From a virus, in IMG/VR virus record IMGVR_UViG_3300042503_001836, positions 1 through 64,000 of that record: a stretch of DNA of 64,000 nucleotides, one strand, 5' to 3'. The position numbers and the translations under genes are program-made. Shown here one piece after another: positions 57,624 to 64,000 of the stretch. Numbering within the stretch: position 1 is the stretch's first letter; each line of letters starts with the position of its first letter. The notes under the pieces were generated by a model that did not search any database, was not told the origin of the DNA, and was given only the letters and a program-made list of their open reading frames with translations.

Positions 57624-57970
57624 CTTATTCTCCTTATTTTTTTTTAACTTGACACAACTCGGGATAATGCCTAATTTTAAGAGTCACCTATTTAAGGCGA
57701 TGTTTGGTTTACCTTTGTTTTTTAACCACACTAATAATATAACAGCATTTAAAATTAATGTCAAGCATTTTATAAAACTATTTTAGAAGTATAAAATATT
57801 ATACATAAGTTATAAATATTTAAATGTTATACATAATACACTCGGATCAAGACTTATACAAAATCGGGATATCTCACAATCCAGAAAACAAAACCATTCT
57901 AGGTAAATCAGAATAGTTTAGGCTGTGTCCTGAAACCTTAGAATGGCTAGATGAATTTTTGAACAAACAC

Positions 57971-58603
57971 TTAACTTCTAATTCTGTTTACTGAAGGAAA
58001 CCCACCAAATCTTAAAGTATGCCCGTGATATTGTTTACACGCGTCTAAATCTTTTCTACAGGCTCTATTAGCTGGTGTAGTAGGATTGCCAAAGATGTCA
58101 AAATTAAGATTAATAGGTGCTTGACAATCTTGATCGCCTAATTGCCACTGGCATCTTTTAGAATATACCCTAGCTGGTAGTTTCTTTCTTTCTAATGAGT
58201 AGGGAGTTAGGGAAAATGTAAATTGATTTTGATATTCTCCAGTGTACTGATTAATCTTTAAATTTAATTCATAGAATTGTGTAGAGTCAGCCGTAGGTTT
58301 ATCGTCTAAAAACATAGGCTGCGTACGTTTTACGTTTACGTCCGCACCGATAACAAAATAATTATCAATTACATCTCCAACTAAACCAGATATATCAGAA
58401 ACTATTAAGGATGCACGTGCTTCTACACTTTCACCTGATTTGCTAAAACTACTAATTTTACAAGGAAAACCTTGATAAATAGTGTTACTAAAACTTACAG
58501 TTCCATAGTTACAGATTTTAATATCAAAATCTTGGTTTCTGATATTAATTAAATCTATAAATATTTCGGTGTCTAGCTGTTGGGCATTGGATATTAAACT
58601 CAT
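57971..58603 (-). CDS. Minor tail protein L-like
   Basis: GADV.VKRT...FLD, LPAR.....CQW.....C...C.K....C.....RFGGFP. Confidence 0.85.
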   Translation of the reverse strand: MSLISNAQQLDTEIFIDLINIRNQDFDIKICNYGTVSFSNTIYQGFPCKISSFSKSGESVEARASLIVSDISGLVGDVIDNYFVIGADVNVKRTQPMFLDDKPTADSTQFYELNLKINQYTGEYQNQFTFSLTPYSLERKKLPARVYSKRCQWQLGDQDCQAPINLNFDIFGNPTTPANRACRKDLDACKQYHGHTLRFGGFPSVNRIRS

Positions 58604-58631
58604 AATTTTCCCACAAAGATAATTAAAAAAT

Positions 58632-59084
58632 CTAAGGTATGTGTGCTGAATATAAAGAAACATGATCCACGATATATCCATTAGCAGCACTAGCAATTCC
58701 AAAAGAATGAGTGTGAGTATCTTGCGCTCCTAGTCCGTAGATACTCGCATTAACTGCTGTGCCATTAGCAATGGTAGTCCTAATCGGTGTAAGAAACATA
58801 GGCACTCTAAAAGGAAAATAGAGGAATAGATTTCCTACTTCCGGAGACTGTAATCCATTAGTTATCAACTGAGCGTATCTCTGACACTTAGCTAATTCAA
58901 CAGCGTAATCATCAGAAGTAAAAGCAGTAGCACTACTGCCTTCTTCTAGTTTTGGGCGTGAGATTACCCATGTTCCTGAAGTTTGCGCTCCTACCCTTAG
59001 TCTTACTTCCAATCCATTTGATACCTCAGCAGGTAATGTTACTGTAGCTGTATATCTTGTAAGTGTGGAGTTAACAGTCCATGT
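58632..59084 (-). pseudogene. 5'-truncated third copy of the tail-fibre tip (silent cassette)
   Basis: Near-identical to 59870-60010 but lacks the N-terminus; upstream ATG (59087-59089) is out of frame; distinct C-terminus ending AHIP. Confidence 0.7.
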
Positions 59085-59108
59085 AACATGGTTTACAAGC
59101 TACCTCAA

Positions 59109-59537
59109 CTAAATTTTAACTAAATTACTAAAATGCAATTCTTGAACTGCATTATTCCAAAGCGTTTTTTCTTGTTCACTTAACACATACCCATCATTAA
59201 TTAACTCATCAAGACTATCTTTTAATGCTTGTTCTGTTCTAATATTTGACAGGACAGTAATTAAATTAACGTAATCAACAGATAAAATATTGTCTGTTTT
59301 AGCCTCTTGTTTCAAACGTAAATAAAGCGGCTTTAATTCACCTGCTAAAACACTACTATAAAGACCATCCCAATCCGGTAGCATAGGTAGAATAATAACA
59401 TCAGCAGGCTCAGGGGTGTTGCCTTTAGCTAACCACGCTTCATATAATTGCCAGTCACCGTTCTGACCTTGGGGAATTGTTGCACCATCAAATAAACGAA
59501 TTATTTGATTTGGGTTGGAAGTTAGTTTGTAAGTCAT
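59109..59537 (-). CDS. Tail fibre assembly/chaperone-like protein, copy 2
   Basis: IIRL.DGA.IP...NGDWQ.Y.AW...GNTP.PAD; paralog of 60881-61306. Confidence 0.75.
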   Translation of the reverse strand: MTYKLTSNPNQIIRLFDGATIPQGQNGDWQLYEAWLAKGNTPEPADVIILPMLPDWDGLYSSVLAGELKPLYLRLKQEAKTDNILSVDYVNLITVLSNIRTEQALKDSLDELINDGYVLSEQEKTLWNNAVQELHFSNLVKI

Positions 59538-59541
59538 AAGT

Positions 59542-60861
59542 CTAGGGGATATGCGCTAAAAATGTAGTAAGGTTTAGGGATGCAGCAGCACCGCCAGACG
59601 CAGCACTTCCTATTTGAGTACGCAAAGAGTTTTTTGTAGTAGTAATACCAACAATTACGTAGGAATTAAAGAAATTGCTCCAAGTACTAGAAGTGATAGG
59701 GGCAGAAAACATTTCAACAGGAAAAGTAATAATAGGTGAATGTCCTCTAGCACCAAGTTCGCCATACCAAACAAAATCCTGAGTAATATTTAAAGCGTAG
59801 AAATGCCTTAAGCATCGCAGCAATTCCGTAGAATAGTTACCGCAATTAAAGTCAGTAGCACTACTGCCTTCTTCTAGTTTAGGTCTAGCAATTACCCATG
59901 TACCGGAAGTTTGCGCTCCTACCCTTAGTCTTACTTCCAATCCATTTGATACCTCAGCAGGTAATGTTACTGTAGCTGTATATCTTGTAAGTGTGGAGTT
60001 AACAGTCCACGTACCTGAAGCTATAAGTGTCTGCGTAGGTGTGGCAATCGTTCCATGAGTATCTGATGTGGTGGTTGGTCTAAATAGTTCCCACGTCACA
60101 GTAGATAATTGTGAGTTACTCAGTTCTACACTTAGTGTTACAGTTTTCCCACTAAGTTTGGCTGTGTCTCTACTTTCTAATCTTTGTAATAAATAAACCG
60201 CAGTAGTTAAAGTTGCTCCTCTAATTGTGAGAGATTGATTAGACCTATCAAATACATAGCTAGGATTACCACCAGATGCAGCTAAACACCATTCTGACTC
60301 GCCAGGGTAGCCTAAAGAAGCTGTGGGAAGATTAAGAGAATTAGGTATAGTCCCAGATGCCGCACCTTGGATCACAGCCAAAGCAGGATTTTTTAAATAA
60401 TTAAGACTATTTAATTTAAAAGAAAGATTTAACTTAGCAAAATTTACCGCACCATCTGCTATTTTATCAGTCGTAATTGATCCATCAGCTATAGTATCCG
60501 TAATAATTTCTGTTTTCTGTTCTATAAACGTTGCTGTTATTTGCCATAAATAAGTACCTTGTTGAATTACACTCCACTTATCACAAACATACTCCTTATA
60601 ATTATAAGGAGTATATTGTGTGTCTAATGGTCGCCATCTAAATTTTGTAATTCCACCATAGCTAGTGAACAGGTCAATTATTTCATCTTTATCCGCCGTG
60701 CTTAAATTAGGGATTATTAACTCTGTAGTAGTTCTAGCAGAGTTAGGCGATATAACCATTAAACCATAGCCATCACCTAATTTAGTATTTTGAATTTGAG
60801 CTTTTACCTCTTGACTAAATTCCCATTTAGTTGGTGGTAATATTAATATGGGTGATGGCAT
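59542..60861 (-). CDS. Minor tail protein M-like domain fused to a tail-fibre domain
   Basis: N-terminal KLGDGY...F.WRP....C..W.......ATF.EQ; C-terminus paralogous to 61332-62324. Confidence 0.75.
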   Translation of the reverse strand: MPSPILILPPTKWEFSQEVKAQIQNTKLGDGYGLMVISPNSARTTTELIIPNLSTADKDEIIDLFTSYGGITKFRWRPLDTQYTPYNYKEYVCDKWSVIQQGTYLWQITATFIEQKTEIITDTIADGSITTDKIADGAVNFAKLNLSFKLNSLNYLKNPALAVIQGAASGTIPNSLNLPTASLGYPGESEWCLAASGGNPSYVFDRSNQSLTIRGATLTTAVYLLQRLESRDTAKLSGKTVTLSVELSNSQLSTVTWELFRPTTTSDTHGTIATPTQTLIASGTWTVNSTLTRYTATVTLPAEVSNGLEVRLRVGAQTSGTWVIARPKLEEGSSATDFNCGNYSTELLRCLRHFYALNITQDFVWYGELGARGHSPIITFPVEMFSAPITSSTWSNFFNSYVIVGITTTKNSLRTQIGSAASGGAAASLNLTTFLAHIP

Positions 60862-60880
60862 GGTTTAGAAACTACCTCAA

Positions 60881-61306
60881 CTAAACTTTAACTAAATTAC
60901 TAAAATGCAACTCTGTAACAGCATTATTCCAAAGCGTTTTTTCTTGTTCACTTAAATCATACCCATCATTAATTAATTCATCAAGACTATCTTTTAATGC
61001 TTGTTCTGTTCTAATATTTGACAGGACAGTAATTAAATTAATGTAGTCAACAGACAAGATAATATCTGCTTTTGCTGCTTGTTTCAAACGCAAATAAAGC
61101 GGCTTTAAATCACCAGCTAAAACACGATTATAAAGACCATCCCAATCAGGAAAAATAGACGCGACAATAACATCAGCAGGTTGTGGAGTGTTACCCTTAG
61201 CTACCCACGCTTCGTATAATTGCCAGTCGCCGTTGTTGCCTTCAGGGATTGCGGCACCGTCAAATAATCGGATTATTTGACTAGGAAATTGACTTAATTT
61301 GTACAT
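60881..61306 (-). CDS. Tail fibre assembly/chaperone-like protein, copy 1
   Basis: Paralog of 59109-59537. Confidence 0.75.
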   Translation of the reverse strand: MYKLSQFPSQIIRLFDGAAIPEGNNGDWQLYEAWVAKGNTPQPADVIVASIFPDWDGLYNRVLAGDLKPLYLRLKQAAKADIILSVDYINLITVLSNIRTEQALKDSLDELINDGYDLSEQEKTLWNNAVTELHFSNLVKV

Positions 61307-61331
61307 ATTTTTGTATTAAAGAAATTGTGAT

Positions 61332-62324
61332 TTAAGGAATATGTGCTGCAAAAGACCCTAATGACAAATTTGCTCCAGCACCACCAGAGTTTACGTTTCC
61401 TATTTGAGTAAAATATCCTTGTTTAGTCGTGTAATCAACCATCACGTAGGCATTCTCCCCACCAATCCAATAAGTATTCAATCTTATCGGTGCTTGAAAC
61501 ATTTCTACTGGAAAATTAATAATAGGGCTGTGACCTCTTGCTCCTAGTTCTCCATACCAGACAAAAGATTGAACAAGATTGTTCAGCGTATAAAAATATC
61601 TTTGGCATTTTTGCAATTCAACGGCGTAATCATCACAAACAAAAGCAGTAGCAGTAGATCCCTCCTCTAGTTTAGGTCTGGCAATTACCCATGTACCGGA
61701 AGTTTGCGCTCCTACCCTTAGTCTTACTTCCAATCCGTTAGATACCTCAGCAGGTAAGGTTACAGTAGCACTATATCTTGTAAGTGTTGAGTTTACTGTC
61801 CATGTTCCACTTGCCACAACTGTCTGAGTAGGGGATGCTATTGTACCATGCGCATCTACTGTAGTGGATGGTCTAAAAAATTCCCACGTCACAGTTGATA
61901 ATTGTGAATTTGATAGTTCTACACTCAAAGTCACTTGCTTTGAGCGCAATCTAATTGCATCAATGGATTCTATTCTTTGTAATACATGAATAGCCGTAGT
62001 TGATGCTGCACCTCCTAGAGTTAAAGTTTGATTAGCCGTGCTAAAAGCGTAGGTAGGTGTACCACCAGATGCAGCAATACACCACTCTGTTTCACTAGGG
62101 TATCCTAAAGATGCCGTAGGTAAAGTAAGAGAGTTAGTGAGTGTACCTGATGATCCAGCACCTTGGATCACAGCAAAAGCAGGATTTTTAAAATAATTTG
62201 GATTATTTAATTGAATAGCGACACTCAGTTTAGCTGGTGTCACTGCACCGTCTGCTATCTTAGCCGTCGTAATTGATCCATCTGGAACTGTACCACTACC
62301 AGAATTATTAATGATGATTCCCAT
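61332..62324 (-). CDS. Tail fibre / receptor-binding protein
   Basis: DGSITTAKIADGAVT repeat, KLEEGS.AT.F...Y..EL.KCQRYF, FPVEM..AP. Confidence 0.75.
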   Translation of the reverse strand: MGIIINNSGSGTVPDGSITTAKIADGAVTPAKLSVAIQLNNPNYFKNPAFAVIQGAGSSGTLTNSLTLPTASLGYPSETEWCIAASGGTPTYAFSTANQTLTLGGAASTTAIHVLQRIESIDAIRLRSKQVTLSVELSNSQLSTVTWEFFRPSTTVDAHGTIASPTQTVVASGTWTVNSTLTRYSATVTLPAEVSNGLEVRLRVGAQTSGTWVIARPKLEEGSTATAFVCDDYAVELQKCQRYFYTLNNLVQSFVWYGELGARGHSPIINFPVEMFQAPIRLNTYWIGGENAYVMVDYTTKQGYFTQIGNVNSGGAGANLSLGSFAAHIP

Positions 62325-63193
62325 TATACAATCTCCGTAATTCTTGCAAATCCATTGGCACTACTCCATATTCCTCTAATTTCACCTGAATAATCCTCAC
62401 CATTAAAAGTTGCAAAAGATGGTGTATTCCCTACTCTAGCAGGTAGAAAGATAGAAAAGTTGGTTGTACTAGCCGCACTAGCATTTAATACAATATATAA
62501 ATCTGAAGCTGAGTCATTAACAATAATTACAGTTTTTCTATCATTGTTAGCTACTAATAATATTACTGACGTTGCGCTACTGGCGACGTTAGATATTGTT
62601 GATGTGGCTGCAAAAGATTGAACTACAGAAATAGATCCTGAAGGTGCTTTTGCTCCCAAAGATGCCGGAATTTTACCGTCAATACTACTTAATGAGTTAT
62701 TACCAGTAGTTTGTAAGGCACTTGTAGACGCACCAGTAGGTAATGACACTGTACCGGAAATATTAGCAATTGAGCCAATAGTATTTGTACCGCTATTAAT
62801 TCCTACAGAAGTTGGTGGTGTTAATGTTGTTAATTGTGCAGCAGGTAATACTACAGGCACACTACCACTAGCTAAAGCCTGACCTAAATTAGGTAATTTA
62901 GTATTTATACTAGCTAAATTACCACCAGATTCTAATGCAAGTGCAGATGTGTTTAAATTAGTTCCTGCATTAGCAATAAAGCTAGTGTTGGTGAAAGTAA
63001 GATCAGGTGCGGTACCAATATTAAAAGTAGGGATAGTAGTAAACGCTGGTAATGTACCACTAATTCCTACATTCCAAGTCCCTAATTGTACTGCCGTAAA
63101 TTCAGGGACATAAGGATCTGCAAGTGTTCCGCTTCCTGTAGCTTTTCTGTAGGCTGTTGCGCCTGTCACATCTATATACGGCTGATGTGCCAT
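62324..63193 (-). CDS. Thr/Ser/Gly-rich virion structural protein
   Basis: Amino-acid composition and position in the tail module. Confidence 0.65.
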   Translation of the reverse strand: MAHQPYIDVTGATAYRKATGSGTLADPYVPEFTAVQLGTWNVGISGTLPAFTTIPTFNIGTAPDLTFTNTSFIANAGTNLNTSALALESGGNLASINTKLPNLGQALASGSVPVVLPAAQLTTLTPPTSVGINSGTNTIGSIANISGTVSLPTGASTSALQTTGNNSLSSIDGKIPASLGAKAPSGSISVVQSFAATSTISNVASSATSVILLVANNDRKTVIIVNDSASDLYIVLNASAASTTNFSIFLPARVGNTPSFATFNGEDYSGEIRGIWSSANGFARITEIV

Positions 63194-63195
63194 TT

Positions 63196-64000
63196 TTAAA
63201 ATTCTCCTGTAAACACTGTGAAATATTGATTACTTACGTCTGCCGTCGCTTGTGGTGCAGATGGTGCTTCTACAAAAGTGCTAACTTTATTATTAGTTGT
63301 GATAGCAGCTACCCTCACATAGAAGAATCCGTTACCTACATTTTCCCACCTAGCTGATAGTTCAGTAGTTACTTGAGTAGAACCCCATTCAGCCGTTGCA
63401 CCTCTTTTAAATTCAACTTTATATCTATCAGTATATGGTTCTTCTATAGTAACACCATTTACTTCCTTTGTAGGACGTTGCCACGATGCAACAAGTGTAA
63501 AACTTGTTCTTTCACCGTAGTTAATTCTTTGTATTCGGCAAGCAACATCTCTAGGTGGTGAGGCTACTATTGGTAGTCTTGCCACCGGAATAATTACTGG
63601 TACTTTTATCCCTGATTCAATCTGATTGTAATAATCTGCACTATAAGTTTTAGCAGTAATATCAAAAACATTCAGATTATCTTCAACTGGATTTACTTCT
63701 GTAATTCGGTAAAGCTGTGTCCTGCTTATAGTATCTATTATTTGCCAAGGTGATCCCGGTGCAGGTAAATCTGTTAAAGGTGTAGCTAGATTAATTTCTG
63801 TAAATGTTCCTGCCCCATTGCTAATTAACCTTTCTACAACTGTTTCATCTGGTAATGTTAATAAAATCTTTTTGTCTGTACTCCCTGTTAATGCTAATGG
63901 TGAATCAATTATTATTTTTGTGCTAGTTACATCTGAAACTAAACCACCGTTTCTAATTCTATTTTTAGCACTATCCGCCACTTGGATTACATCACCAGGC
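63196..64000 (-). CDS. Tail tip / host-specificity protein J-like, C-terminal part (runs off the window)
   Basis: PGDVIQVAD at the window edge, YRI..V......F.ITA..Y, FN3-like YVRV.A. Confidence 0.8.
   Translation of the reverse strand, partial: PGDVIQVADSAKNRIRNGGLVSDVTSTKIIIDSPLALTGSTDKKILLTLPDETVVERLISNGAGTFTEINLATPLTDLPAPGSPWQIIDTISRTQLYRITEVNPVEDNLNVFDITAKTYSADYYNQIESGIKVPVIIPVARLPIVASPPRDVACRIQRINYGERTSFTLVASWQRPTKEVNGVTIEEPYTDRYKVEFKRGATAEWGSTQVTTELSARWENVGNGFFYVRVAAITTNNKVSTFVEAPSAPQATADVSNQYFTVFTGEF

Noticed and set aside
57144-57786. Plus-strand ORFs 57144-57398 and 57391-57786
   Set aside because: They run antisense across a promoter, a terminator, a solitary repeat and a gene with a good RBS.

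Overview
An AT-rich segment of a large, probably temperate, tailed cyanophage. NblA, a Pex-like regulator, Nostocales-type CRISPR leaders and HIP1-containing spacers point to a filamentous cyanobacterial host. It carries replication genes (family A polymerase, DnaX, two DnaN-like genes, HU), nucleotide metabolism genes (dUTPase, ThyX, Tmk, intein-containing class II RNR) and three DNA methyltransferases, one fused to a PAPS-reductase/DndC-like domain. It also has a large serine recombinase, an IS605 element and the start of a tail module with triplicated fibre tips. A phage-encoded type I-C interference module (cas3, cas5, cas8c, cas7; no cas1/2/4 in this window) sits between two outward-facing arrays of 31 and 22 repeats. 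The most unusual content is at the RNA level. (1) Four type I hammerhead ribozymes punctuate an early operon that also encodes a 2H phosphoesterase. (2) Solitary CRISPR repeats, both phage-type and host-type, are dispersed in 5' UTRs, intercistronic gaps and long non-coding transcripts. (3) Two promoter-driven ~1 kb non-coding regions each end near a shared GGTGATCCAA palindrome. (4) A ~400-nt structured RNA with two circularly permuted tRNA-like modules follows a conserved gene. (5) Two overlapping opposite-strand spacers imply a GTY PAM, which is type I-D-like, for a type I-C system. All calls were made by eye from sequence motifs; no searches were run.
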